The position numbers and the translations under genes were made by a program. From assembly GCF_006345805.1 (NCBI RefSeq), contig NC_043000.1, positions 34,782,001 to 34,846,000 of the forward strand: a stretch of 64,000 nucleotides of DNA, given 5' to 3'. Below the pieces are notes generated by a model. The model was not told where the DNA came from. It searched no databases and worked only from the letters and a program-made list of their open reading frames with translations. Below, in pieces: positions 9,559 to 23,879 of the stretch. The stretch's first letter is position 1. Every line of letters begins with the position of its first letter. Origin of the DNA: Octopus sinensis (lineage: Eukaryota).

Positions 9559-12283
9559 TGGCCAGCGGTGTTTATTCTCAAGTGAATTACTACTGCTGCT
9601 GCTCTGTGTTTAGCCGAAGGACCAGTCTGTTCAAGTGGACATCAGTGGTATTTAGTGAGGGCCACTCTGTTCCGTAACAAGTACTTGATTATTACTTTCA
9701 GTGTTTGTAATTTGCATTGTTGCACTTGGTAGCCATCATAAATTCATAAACACTACTATTTCGCGGGTTACTTTTTTTTTTTCTCTTGTTTTACCCGTAG
9801 ACATGGAACTAGCCCACTGCCGTTTCAGTAGGACTGTTAGGGATACAAGATATCAGGAACCTATCCCTATTGCCATATCTAAGGACAACTCTTGCTGCTT
9901 TATTTACATTTTGAAAAAGCTGACAGTGCGCCTTTTGCTGTCAATGCAGTGCTTGGCACGCTCGGACACACACACACACACACTTCATCGAGAAACATGC
10001 TTTTTAGATAAACATGTGCTTGGGATAGTGCACATCCAAACTTGTCTAATATTGTCATCTCTCCACATGTAATGTCCACGGTTGAATGAAATTGCAAGCG
10101 TAACTTGACAAACTTATTGACACCAAGAAATATTTCAACTTATTTTTTCTTTTACTATTTTCTTTTAGTTATGTTCAAAATTGTTCTTGTTGAGTGAATA
10201 GACTTAAGAACACTTTTAAACTTAAGTGTGTACTAGAACCTCTTTTCAAAATAACTTAAGTAACCCCCCCCCCCGCCAGCCCGATGCAGAATTCTTTCAT
10301 TCATAAAAATATCTGTGAATAGCTCGCTCTCACAAAATATACGATTTTCTCACCAATCTAATGAACTGAGAAAATGTGTGACTACTTGCATTCGATATTT
10401 AGAAACTTTACGCAATTATCTTTCTATTACTAATTTGTTTTTATATTAAAATAATCAAGAATTACTTTCAAATGCCATAGCCTGAACTGTTAAAACATCG
10501 TCTTATTAAGCTATTTCTATATTTTAGAAATATATATATATGAATGAATGAATGACGCAGTTTTAATCCCCGGCTAGAGACGGATATATTTCATATGCAT
10601 TTTCAATTCAGTTGAGAATGGCACCGAATATCACAACTTTTAATCTTCCTTCTTTTATATAGGGGTAGGGGTTTCTGCGGCTAAACGGAATCACTATTAC
10701 AATCGTATATTTGTCGTTCTTACAGCTAATAATTACTTCTAGTAATTAGCCAATTATCAAAAAAGCTATTTTCGCAACATTTGCTGAAGTTTCAATAATT
10801 TCAAATTTGAAATATTTTAATTTTCAAACAAGTGTGCGTGTATAATTGTATGTCTACCGTACACACACACACAGAGCTAAATGTGTGTGTTTGCGTGCAG
10901 TTTATTTTCTTTCTTTATGAAAGTGATAAAAGAATGTAATGATGAACGACATTTCATCTTCTCCAGATATACTTTGATATTTCAAGTCGGGCAGGCCATT
11001 TGCCTTCCTAAGAAGTTTGTTTGACTTGTCATCTGTTGGTGAAGTCGACAGTGACAGCTTTACTTCAGACGCCTACACTTACGCATGCACACACGCACGC
11101 GTGCACATAGACACACACACATTATGAGGCGATCCATTCTCTGAATTATGTTGCGCATTTTCAATTACTACGGATAGCATCACACACGCACGGATCGACA
11201 TTCTCAGGTACACATACACATCAAAATGCACAGCTACAAATTCAAGCACACTGATCGACATACCAATATACACACATATATAAATACACATACCAATATA
11301 CACAGGAACTTGCGCACACACAGAAACACACTGACCGACATACACAACTACACTTACATAAATATACTGACCGATATACACAGGTACACAGAGACGTGTT
11401 ATGGACATCGGAAATGAACCGATTCATTATTCAACAGTCGTCGTGGATTACACGCACACACGCTCGCGCGCGCGCATACTGGCATCTATGTGGTGGATCG
11501 ACTTGCTAGACATAGCAGCGAAATCTACCTCGTATAACTCTTCCGTCTTCCAAGAAACGCATAGCGTTGTCCAAGGTGTACTATTGCAGTATGGTCGTGG
11601 TCGGAATACCTTTGGTGATAGATCTTCTGTCAGGTTCGTCTTAAGGGCTAAAGAACACACGTACACACAAATCGTATTTCTGCAAACTCGTTATGCAGTT
11701 GTCCAGACACTCCTGCGTATCTAAACTCATCGACATGTCTAAATTAGTACATATATACCTATCTTATAACCACATCACATATACTTATGTATATTCGCAC
11801 ACACACATACACACCTATGCACAACAATACATACACGTGTCTACATACACACACATGTAGCTACATAACCACATGCAGAAACACATGTATACACGTGTCA
11901 GCTTAACTACCTGTACACACACACACGCCTGCAGTACATGTGCCTACAGGACCTCATACATCCTAACACACACACACACATGTATGTATATATACAACAA
12001 ACATATATAGCATCATTTGGGATAAAAGGTTCATTGTTACAATTATTCTGTTTAAATAGTATCTGTATGTGTTAGACAAACTTCAGTGCATACAAATTTG
12101 TCCTATCTATATAAATATCTATCTGTCGGCACACACACACACATATATATCCTTATATATAAACTGGCAAAATGACCAATACAGCAATATATATATATAT
12201 ATCTTTATATATGAATATAAATATGTATTATATATAATATATGCATGCATATACACAGACACATACATATACAGATATATATA

Positions 12284-12620
12284 AGCACAGGCGTGGCTAT
12301 GTGGTTAGAAGTTTGTTTCTGAACCTCAGGGTTCCAGGTTCAGTTCCAATAGACAAGAGTATTCTATAGCTTCAGGCTGATCAAAGCCTTCATAAGTGGA
12401 GTTAGTAGATTGAAAGTGAAAGAACTGTTGTGTGTATATATATATATATATATATGTGTGTCTGTGTTTGTCCCCCATCACCATCACTGCTTGACAACTG
12501 GTGTGTGTGTGTGTTCATGTCCCTATAATTTAGCTGCTTACAAAAATAGACTGGTAGAATAAGTGCTGGGTTCAATCCATTCCAGGCATGGCCAAAGTCT
12601 AATGACTGAAACCAGTGAAG
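12284..12620 (+). mobile_element. Family B/C bipartite SINE
   Basis: gcacaggcgtggctatgtggttag head, (TA)n, 3' module ending aatgactgaaacc. Confidence 0.75.
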
Positions 12621-12972
12621 GATATATATATAGATATACCTACATATATATGTACATAAATGTATATGTGTAAAAATATACACATGTATGTGTATATAAA
12701 TATAGATCATAATCATTTAAAATCTATTTTCCATGCTGGCATGGACTGGCTGGTATATATATATATATGTGAATAGATATGTATCCAAATGGTCAGACTG
12801 TTGGTGGAGGTATGACTTATAAGTTGTTATGGAATAACTTATGCGTTCCTGCAGAACTTGGGGCCATATAAGTTGTCATCAACGATGTAGAGGCCAAACT
12901 TAATATGTTTCTTGGAGTGAAACAGTTTTGCAACGTGAGCTTACTCAAATACAAGTTGAATTCCACTATGTG

Positions 12973-13018
<46 letters not shown>

Positions 13019-13192
13019 GACTGATCGAATACGTACCAGGCTCAAGAAATATAAGTGCTGGGTTTGATCCATTCCAGGCATCCGGATACATTGTCAGTTG
13101 TTCGTACATCCCAAAAAGAAACACATTCTATGACCGGAATACATCATCCCTATCATTTCATGTCCACCTTCCATACTGCCATGGGTTGTGTA

Positions 13193-13224
<32 letters not shown>

Positions 13225-13609
13225 ATTAACATACATACATAGTATTGTTAGTGCATATGTGTATATTATATGAAAGTATGTGTGTGTGTGTATATATATA
13301 CACACACACATTTGTGTGTATGTATTTAAAAATTTTTCTAAGGCATTGCGTTAGTGAAATAACCTGGTGTAGAACTCAGTATATGTATCCCTTTGAACAA
13401 AGTGTTATTCAAGTACACAGTGATAATAATAGAGAGATGGCAAGGAAATAATCGACAGCATTATGAACTTCATTAGTTTATAGCCATCCCGTTTCAAGAT
13501 ACTGTGAACTCACACTTGAGTGCTCCAAGTATGTGCATATTCATATATATATATATATATATTTGTATATAAGTATATATATGTATCTATATAGATATAT
13601 TTATGAATG

Positions 13610-13643
<34 letters not shown>

Positions 13644-13940
13644 TATACATATATAAATATATAAACACACGTGTATGTATAGCATCATGATAATTTAATA
13701 TCCGTTTTCTATGCTGGCGTGGGTAAGATGGTTTGATGGGAGCTGGATGCCCTGCCTAACACTGCCTATTTGTGTGTGTGTGTCTGTCTCTCTCTCTCTA
13801 TATATATATACATACACTATACGCACAGACATATGTATATGTGTGTATGTATGTGTATATATATATATATATATAGGTACATGCACGTGTGTGTATATAC
13901 AGAAACACACACATATATGCGTACATATGTGAGTATATGT

Positions 13941-13971
<31 letters not shown>

Positions 13972-13994
13972 TTTACATACATACATACATACAC

Positions 13995-14400
13995 ATTTTT
14001 TCTTTTACGTGTTTCAGTCATTTGAATGTGGCCAAGCTGCAATATTGCCTTTCGTCAAACAAATTGACCTAGGGACTTAGTCTTTGTAAGTCTAGTACTG
14101 AATTTATCAGTCAGTTTTGATGGACTGCTAAGTTTCAGGGACATAAACACTCCAACATTGGTTGTCAAGCAATGGTGGGGGATAAACACTAACACAGACA
14201 CACACACATAAATATACAGACACACACACATATACACGATGGGCTTCTTTCGGTTTCAGTCTACCAAAACCACACACGAGTCTTTGGTCGGCCTGAGGCT
14301 ATAGTGGACGACACGAACCCAAAGAGACATGGAGTGGCACTGAACCCAGAACCATGTGGTTGGGAAGCAAATTACTTACTACTCATCCACGACTGTACCT
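13995..14400 (-). mobile_element. Family B/C bipartite SINE
   Basis: Reverse complement of the same head and 3' module. Confidence 0.8.
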
Positions 14401-14583
14401 GAATATATATATATATTCTATGTATGTGTGTATACTTACATCTGTATCTGTGTATACACATATATATACATACATATGTTTCTGTGAATATATATGTATA
14501 TACATGTTTGTACACTCATACATATGTACACACGTCATCATCATCATCACTTTTAATGACAATGGATGACCTGCATATATGTG

Positions 14584-14622
<39 letters not shown>

Positions 14623-14780
14623 GTGTGTGTGTATATATATATATACATAGACATATACACATGTCTATATATATGAAATGATGTATGTGTATATATACAT
14701 AGGTATATATGTATACACACATTGTTGTATGTGTGTGTGTATATATATGTGTAGATATAGATGTATGTGTACACATATAG

Positions 14781-14824
<44 letters not shown>

Positions 14825-14984
14825 ATTTATATATATGTATATATGCATGTATTTATATATAGGTATGTATATATATATATATATATACATTTATATATAT
14901 GTATAATATGCATGTATTTATATATAGTTATGTATATATATATATATATATATCTATATATATATATATGTATGTATCATGTGA

Positions 14985-15250
14985 TCACATGACTGATCAG
15001 ACTATCAGATGTTGCACATCGCTGGTCACAATGCACTTCACATTGTTTTCGCCATCTAGTGATGACACCTAGCTGGCTAAGCGAGCAGGCCAACAGAAGA
15101 AAGAATGAGAGAAAGGTGTGGCGAAAGAGTATAGCAGAGATCGCCACCACCCCCTGCTGGTGCCTCGTGGCCCTTTACATGTTTTCGCTCAATAACTACT
15201 CGCAACACCCGGTCTGAGGTATCTAAACCGCGATCCTACAGCCGTGCCTC
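14985..15250 (-). mobile_element. Distinct tRNA-headed SINE (family E), decayed
   Basis: gtgatcac...gctggctaagcgagcaggcc...gatcgccaccaccccctgc...aaaccgcgatcc; recalled as an octopus SINE in reverse orientation. Confidence 0.55.
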
Positions 15251-15306
15251 TACTTATGTATATGTATTTATATGTATGTATAAGTATGTATATGTATGTA
15301 TGTAGG

Positions 15307-15337
<31 letters not shown>

Positions 15338-15695
15338 GTATTCCGTGCCAATGGCACGTAAAAGGACACCATGATCGTTACAAAAAGTCGCCTTACTGGC
15401 ACCTGTGCTGGTTGCATGTGTAAAAGGATTCAAGCGAGGTCGTTGCCATACCGCCTGACTGGCCCCCGTGGCGCGTAAAAAGCACCCACTACACCCTCAG
15501 AGGGGTTGGCGTTAGGAAGGGCATCCAGCTGTAAAAACTATGCCAAATCAAGGTTGGTGCCTGATGCAACCATCGGTTCGCTAGCCCTCAGTCAAAATAG
15601 TCCAACCCATGCTAGCATGGAAAGCGGACGTTAAACGATGATGATGATATGATGTATGAATGTCTATATATATGTGTATGTATATATATGTACTT

Positions 15696-15727
<32 letters not shown>

Positions 15728-16494
15728 GTATGTATGTATGTATGTATATAAATATATGTATATGTATGTATATAAATATATGTATATGTATGTATGTATA
15801 TATGTATATGTATGTATTATGTATATGTATATATATATATTATGTATATATATATTATATGTATATTTGTATGTATATGTATATTTGTATGTATATGTAT
15901 ATTTGTTATGTGTATATGTTATTTGTATGTAATTATATATGTATATTGTATTTATATATATATATGTATATTTGTATGTATATATATATGTATGTATATA
16001 TATATATGTATATTTGTATGTATATATATATGTATGTATATATATATGTATATTATATATATATATATATGTATGTATATATATATATGTATGTATATAT
16101 ATTTGTATGTATATATATATGTATTTATATATATATGTATGTATATATATATGTAAGTATATATATTTGTATGTATATATATATGTAAGTATATATTTGT
16201 ATGTATATATAGTATGTAATGTATATTGTATGTATATATATTTGTATGTATATATATATGTATATATATATGTATGTATATATATTTGTATGTATATATA
16301 TATGTATGTATATATATATGTGTGTATGTATGTATATATATATGTATGTATATGTATATATGTATGTATATATATATGTATATGTATATATGTATGTATA
16401 TATATATGTATATGTATATATGTATGTATATATATGTATATATTGTATGTATATATATATTGTATGTTTATATGTATATGTATATATGTATATG

Positions 16495-16531
<37 letters not shown>

Positions 16532-16964
16532 GTATATGTATGTATATGTGTGTATGTATGTATATATATGTATATGTATATATGTATGTATATATATATG
16601 TATATGTATATATGTATGTATATATATATATGTATATACGTATGTATATATATGTATGTATATATATGTGTGTGTATGTATATATATGTATGTATATATG
16701 TGTATGTATATATATGTATGTATATATATGTGTGTGTATGTATATATATGTATGTATATATATGTGTGTGTATGTATGTATATGTATGTATATATATATA
16801 TGTATATTATATATATATATGTATGATATATGTATATGTATATATATATATGTATATGTATGTATATAGACACAAATTTATATATGCATATATATAATAC
16901 AAATTTATATATGAAATGCATTATATATATATATATAAATTCATATATGTATATATAAATTATA

Positions 16965-17009
<45 letters not shown>

Positions 17010-17413
17010 TCATATATGTATATATAAATTATATATATGTATATATATATATATTATATATATATATCCTTATATATATGTATATATATATGGCTGGGCC
17101 AGGCTCCAATCTGATCTGGCAGAGCTTCTACTCCTTGATGCCCTTCATATTGCCAACCACTTTGAGAGTGTAGTGGGTGCTTTTACATGCCACGCACGAA
17201 AATTGTATTTTCTATGTGTCCACTTCCACAGGAATCAGTCCAGCGGCACTGGCAACAACCCCACTCGAATGTTTGTTCATATGCCACCAGCAGGAGTGCC
17301 AGTAAGGTAAGGCTGGTAAGGATCATGCTCAAATGGTACTTATGTGCCCACCGGCAAGAAGCCAGGCAATTATATATATGTATGTATATACATTTATATA
17401 TATGTATGTATAT

Positions 17414-17445
<32 letters not shown>

Positions 17446-19738
17446 CATATATATATATATGTATGTATGTACATATATATGCATGTGTATATAAATGTAT
17501 ATATGTATGTGTATATGTATATATTTATATGTATGTACATATATATGCATGTGTATATAAATGTATATATGTATGTGTATATGTATATATTTATATGTAT
17601 GTACATATATATGCATGTGTATATAAATGTATATATGTATGTGTATATGTATATATTTATATGTATGTACATATATATGCATGTGTATATAAATGTATAT
17701 GTATGTGTATATGTATACATTTCTATATGTATATATATATATATGTATATATATTTATATTTCTATATATATACATCTATGTATGTATATATATAATGTG
17801 TGTATATATATATATATATATTTATACATATCTATGTATATGTGTATTTATATATGTACATATGTATGTGTATTTATATATGTACATATGTATTTATATA
17901 TATATACGTATGTATATATATATATTTAAATGTATACATTTGTATATATATATATATTATATGTATTTATATTTATATATGTATGTGTATATATATATAT
18001 ATATTTATGTGTATATATGTATGTATATGTATATACATATATATTTATATGTATACACATGTATGTATATATGTATGTATATGTATATACATATGTATGT
18101 ATATGTATATACATATATATTTATATGTATACACATATGTATGTAATATGTATGTATATGTATATACATATATATTTATATGTATACACATATGTATGTA
18201 TATATGTATGAATATGTATATACATATATATTTATATGTATATACATATATATTTATATGTATACACATGTATGTATATACATATATATTTATATGTATA
18301 CACATGTATGTATATATATATATATTTATATATACATATGTATATATATATATTTATGTGTACATATGTATATATATATATTTATGTGTACATATGTATG
18401 TATATATATATATATTTATGTGTACATATGTGTATATATATATATATATATGTTTATATGTGTATATATGTAAATGGCGGTGCCCCAGCATGGCCACAGC
18501 TCATGAGCTGAAACTAGAATCAATCAATCATTCATATATTGTTTGATTTGCCTAATAGTGGTTTTGTCTCTAATTTAATATAATATTATATTTATATATA
18601 CATTTGTATGTATGTATATATATTTATTTGTATACATATGTATATATATATTTATATATACATATCTATATATATTTGTATATATATGTATGCATATATA
18701 CTTATATATATACATATGTATATGTATGTATACATATGTATATGTATATATTTATTTGTATGTATACATATGTATATGTATATATTTATTTGTATGTATA
18801 TATATATATATATATATATATTTGTATACATATGTATCATCATCGTTATTTATTGTCAGTTTATGTGTTAGCATGGGTTAGACGGTTCGACAGGGGTCTG
18901 GGAAGCCAGGAGGCAGCACCAGGCCCCAATCTGATCTGGCAGTGTTTCTACAGCTGGATGCCTTTCCTAATGCCAGCCACTCCATGAGTGTAGTGGGTGC
19001 TTTCTATGTGCCAGGGGAGGCTGGCAACAGCCATGATTGGTTGCTGCTTAGTACGTGCCACATGCACGGAAGCCAGTCAAGGTTAATCTAGTAATTTCTT
19101 ACTAGTTTCATCTTTCCTCTTTGTTTTCTCCGTGTTGATGTGGACAATTAAGGTGGTTTTAGAGTCAGATCATGGCTGCTATTTTCCGCATGGTGGTATC
19201 TCGTAGTTACCCTAATTTATAATTTTAATATATGTATATATATATGTATTCAAGTATGTATGTATATATATCTATGTATATATGTGTATGTACATATGTA
19301 TATATATGTATATATATATATATGTATATGTATATATATATATGTATATACATACATATATGTATGAATATATATGTGTATATATATATATACATACATA
19401 TATGTATGTATATATACATATACATATATGTATGTATGTATACATACATGTATATCTGTATGTATGTATGTATGCATACATGTATATATATATGTATGTA
19501 TATATATATTTTTATATGTATGTATGTGTATATCTTTATATGTATGTGTATGTATATATATATCTTTATATGTATGTATGTGTATGTATATATATATCTT
19601 TATATGTATGTATGTGTATATATATATATATGTATGTATATCTATCTATATGTGTCTATATGTGTGTGTGTGTGTCTATATATATAAGTATATATGCATA
19701 ATATATTACATATGTATATACATATATGTATATACATC

Positions 19739-19772
<34 letters not shown>

Positions 19773-19790
19773 ATGAATATACATACATAG
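15250..19790. repeat. Large TA/CA/TG low-complexity arrays interleaved with family A SINEs (15340-15650 +, 17090-17370 -, 18836-19080 -)
   Basis: Direct inspection; includes a 66-bp higher-order unit (gcatg at 17481, 17547, 17613, 17679). All Y/I/M/C/V-rich ORFs here are artefacts. Confidence 0.95.
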
Positions 19791-19998
19791 AGTTATGGGA
19801 AGTAATGGTGTCAATAAGACCCAAAGGTGTCAGGTAATGCTGAGTAAGTGCTATGTACAGACTATAGTTAAGCTTCAGGTTTGGTGATTATGCAAATAAG
19901 GAGTCCAACGTTGGTCATATATCAGCATGTATCCATATATATGCATACACATATGTGCATATATATATATATGCACATATATATACATACATATATTC

Positions 19999-20030
<32 letters not shown>

Positions 20031-20129
20031 TATATATATATATATATATGCATATATAAATGCATATGCATGTATATTTTTTTCTTTGTTTCATCTTAGA
20101 GCTGCAGCCATGCTGATGCACTGCCATTT

Positions 20130-21152
20130 TGCTACACTGTTATTACTAAGAGCCTCCTCTAATATGTGACACTTGGTGAAGAATGGATATAGCTACCCTC
20201 ATTTGCACCTCTTGCTGTGAGGTAGGCTCATCCGGGACTCTCGGCAGGATGAGGTCCAGCTTTGTTTTAAAAACCCCTACATCTACTTTGTGCAAGTTCC
20301 TCAGACTTTTTGGGAGAATATTAAATAGCTGTGAGCCCTTGAAACCCAGGCTGTTGCAGTAACTGTTCCTGAAGCTTGATGGCATTGCTGGGATCTTTCG
20401 CACTATGCAGTGTTGTCCCGTTCTAGCATTGGTGTAGCTTTCAATGCCAAAATTTAGCACAGTTCCTTCCAGGATCTTCCAGACATATATTACTGCATAT
20501 CTCTCCCGTCTTCTCTCCAGGGAGTAGAGTCTTAGCTGTTTCAACCTTTCCAAGTAGCTGAGCTGTTGCAAAGAGTCGATCTTCTTTGTGAATCTTCTCT
20601 GGATTGCTTCAAGGTCCGCTGTAAATTTCACACTGGTGGGTGACCATAGCTGTGAGCAGTAATCCAGGTGGCTGATGATGAATGTCCGCCAGAGGACCAT
20701 CATGATTTCTTTATCTCTGGTTCTGAATGTTCTTAGGATCCATCCAGCCAGTCGTCTGCACTTTGTCTCCATCCTGGTCATGTGCACTTGGAAAGAGGTA
20801 TCATCACTCATGTCGATACCCGGGTCCCTCACTGACTTAGCCTCTGGGATTGAAATTCCCTGTGGACCGGTGTACCCTGTAATTTTCATATTCAGTTTTG
20901 GATGCTGGTAGTGCAGGGCCTGGAATTTTTCAGCATTAAACTACATATTCTTATCCTCAGCCCATCTGTAAATTGAGTCAAACACCTGCTGCAGATGTGC
21001 AACATCGCTGGGGTTTTGTATTTTCTGTGAGACTTTCGTATCATCTGCATAGCTTGCCAGAGTGGCTATCCGGGCATTTGAGGGCATATCTGAGAGGGCC
21101 ACTATAAAAAGCAGTGGTCCCAAGACAGTGCCCTGTGGAACACCGCTCACTA
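20130..21152 (-). mobile_element. CR1-group LINE, 5'-truncated RT and C-terminal fragment
   Basis: SGVPQGTVLGPLLF, YADD, HLDYCSQLWSP motifs. ORFs 21150-20941 and 20889-20146 are in the same frame, split by one stop. Confidence 0.92.
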
Positions 21153-21230
21153 TTTTTTGTGCTCACACACACACACACATGTATCTATACATAAATACGT
21201 ATATATATATATACATGTATCTATGCATAA

Positions 21231-21259
<29 letters not shown>

Positions 21260-21262
<3 letters not shown>

Positions 21263-21432
21263 CATCATCATCGTTTAACGTCCGTTCTCCATGCTAGCAT
21301 GGGTTGGACGGTTCGACCGGGGATCTGGGAAGCCAGAAGGCTGCACCAGGCTCCAGTCTTATCTGGCAATGTTTCTACAGCTGGATGCCCTTCCTAATGC
21401 CAACCACTCCGTGAGTGTAGTGGGTGCTTTTT
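21260..21432 (-). mobile_element. Family A SINE (well preserved)
   Basis: catcatcatcgtttaacgtccgttctccatgctagc...gccaaccactccgtgagtgtagtgggtgc. Confidence 0.85.
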
Positions 21433-21759
21433 ATATATATACATAAATACATATATATGTATATTCATATATATATATATGTGTTGTGTGCATGTGTATA
21501 TAATTATATATATGAATATATATATAAACATATATCTATGTATACAAATATGTATATATCATCATCATTTAACTTCCACTTTCCATGCTAGCATGAGTTG
21601 ACATGTATATATATATATGTATATACATACATATATCTATGTATACATATATATATATATATACTTACATATATGTATACATAGATATATGTGTGTATAT
21701 ACGTATATGTAGGTATCTATACATATATATATGTATACATATGTATGTTAAAATGTTTG

Positions 21760-21790
<31 letters not shown>

Positions 21791-21819
21791 ATATGTACGT
21801 ATGCATGTATATACTCTCT

Positions 21820-22192
21820 TACTTCTTTCTGTCATTTGACTGCGGCCATGCTGGAGCACCGCCTTTAGTTGAGCAAATCGACCCCGGGACTTATTTTTTG
21901 TAAGCCCAGAACTTATTCTATCGGTCTCTTTTGCCGAACCGCTAAGTGACGGGGACGTAAACACACCAGCATCGGTTGTCAAGCAATGCTAGAGGGACAA
22001 ACACGTACACACACATATACATATATATATATACATTTATATGACAGGCTTCTTTCAGTTTCTGTCTACCAAATCCACTCACAAGGCATTGGTCGGCCCG
22101 GGGCTATAGCAGAAGACACTTGCCCAAGATGCCACGCAGTGGGACTGAACCCGGAACCATGTGGTTGGTTAGCAAGCTATTTACCAAACAAA
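21820..22192 (-). mobile_element. Family B/C bipartite SINE (young, CpG-retaining)
   Basis: Nearly identical to the copy at 37559-37958. Confidence 0.88.
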
Positions 22193-22739
22193 GACAATCC
22201 TGCGCCTATGTATACATATGTATGCAAATATATATATGTATAAGTGTGTATACATATACGTATGTACACATTGTATGTATGCATACATATGTGTTTATAC
22301 ATATATTTGTGCATACACATGTGTGTATACATATGTGTATACATGTTGTAACTGTAATTGAAAGAATCAACCTTGTCACATAGACACAGGCATATATATA
22401 CACACATATATATACATATACATACTCAGATATGTGTGTGTGTGTGTAAACTGGTTGATATTTGGGAGGGCTTCCAGTTGTAAAAGCTATTCCAAAGCAA
22501 ACCTCACTTGTGTTAGTGCTATATAAAGAGCACTCGGTGTCCACTAAGTAGGGTGGCTGGTGTTCAGAAGGGCATCCATCTGTAAAAACCATACCAAAAC
22601 AGATAGTGAAGCCTGATGCAGTGCCTGTCAAGCCATCCAACCCATGCCACATGGAAAACAGATGTTAAATGGTGATAATATATATTAATATAAGTATATT
22701 TTATATGTATTGAGATATGTACTTATATATTCTTGCATC

Positions 22740-23815
22740 CACTTTCAATTCCTTTTGGTTGTTCCTTGCTCATTTATTTCACATGTCCCACAACGAGCGT
22801 CTCCACAGTTTCTTACCTGCACTGTTTCTTCCTCCAATGTAAATCTCACCTTTGTTAGAAGTCTTTGGAGATCTGGTGGTTGTCTTTGGCTGTTAATGAT
22901 TTGTGATTCTTTGATTATTTGTTGGCGATTTGATGATTGATGTAGAATTGGGAGGTGTCATTTGGCTGAATGTAGGATATTTTGGTTTCAAGGATTATAG
23001 GTGAATACTAGTGGAATATTTATATTTGTTGTTTTGTTTACACTGTCAGTGTTAGTGTTTCTTCATGACGTAGAGATTGGGATTTCTTTTGCTTTGGTTG
23101 TGGCATGGTTTTTTTAGATTATTCTTTTAAGGAACATATTTAGTTCTACTAGTTGCTTCTCTTGTCTATTTTTGTCAGTACCCATTTAACATATGTCCTG
23201 CCATATTGAATGGTATGTTCCTTTTCGTGTGAGAAGAGCGACAAGATATAAAAATCTAGATATTGGTTTGAATCTGTGATCCTGCTCTAGAGATGTCTTT
23301 TAACTGTCCATTTTTTGTTTTTTTAAATGTCTATAAAAGGAAGTTCCTTTTCATTTGTCTTCATAGTGAACTGGATTGATTTATGAATGCTATTTATTTA
23401 ATGAATCTTGCAAGGTCCTTCTTTTGTTTCAAAATATGCAGTCTTCATCCGAGAATCTTTTTCCAGTTTTCTATTAAAGAAGATCAGAAATGTTGATCAT
23501 AAATTATTCAAATTATAAAAAATTATGTTTTTCCTGGATAAATAAATACCTAGAGAGAATTCAGGAGAGACTCCTAAAATGGTTTATACTTAAAGGATTG
23601 CAGATGATATTGGAAAACAACTACTACTTTGACAATAAATGTTACCTGTAAATTCAAGGCACAGCAGTGGAGATGAAAGTTGCACCGATGTTTGCAATAC
23701 TAGTAATGGGATTCCTGGTAGAAAAAATCTATACCCTCTCTGGAATTACTTTTGATCAACATTACTAATGCTAGTTAATAGGGAACTGGAAAATATTTTT
23801 GGATGACTGCTCCAT
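22740..23815. mobile_element. Decayed Penelope-like retroelement; RT segment on + (about 23525-23815), RT C-terminus and GIY-YIG linker on - (about 23520-22740)
   Basis: Plus strand: IQGTAVEMKVAPMFAILVMGFL...NWKIFLDDC. Minus strand: NWKRFSDEDC...IHKSIQFTMK...LPFIDI...TDSNQYLDF...RQPPDLQRLLTK...CGDARCGTC, all PLE-typical motifs with stops and frameshifts. Confidence 0.8.
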
Positions 23816-23879
23816 ATGCAAATAAGTATGCATATATGTATGTATATAAGGTAAGTTAATTTTTTGGCTCAAAAAGCAA

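Noticed and set aside
9638-9660. acatcagtggta, complementary to part of a remembered lophotrochozoan miR-1992 sequence
   Set aside because: No matching mature arm nearby and no foldable precursor.
9921-9943. TGACAG...CTGTCA short inverted repeat
   Set aside because: Only 6 Watson-Crick pairs; expected by chance in 64 kb, with no snoRNA or miRNA context.
11401-11724. 107-aa CpG-rich ORF
   Set aside because: No recognisable homology or convincing splice boundaries; includes CA/CG repeat translation and lies within the CpG-retaining promoter domain.
13695-19701. Long ORFs up to 446 aa rich in Y/I/M/C/V/H/T
   Set aside because: They are translations of TA/CA/TG microsatellites, which lack stop codons in several frames; no protein signal.
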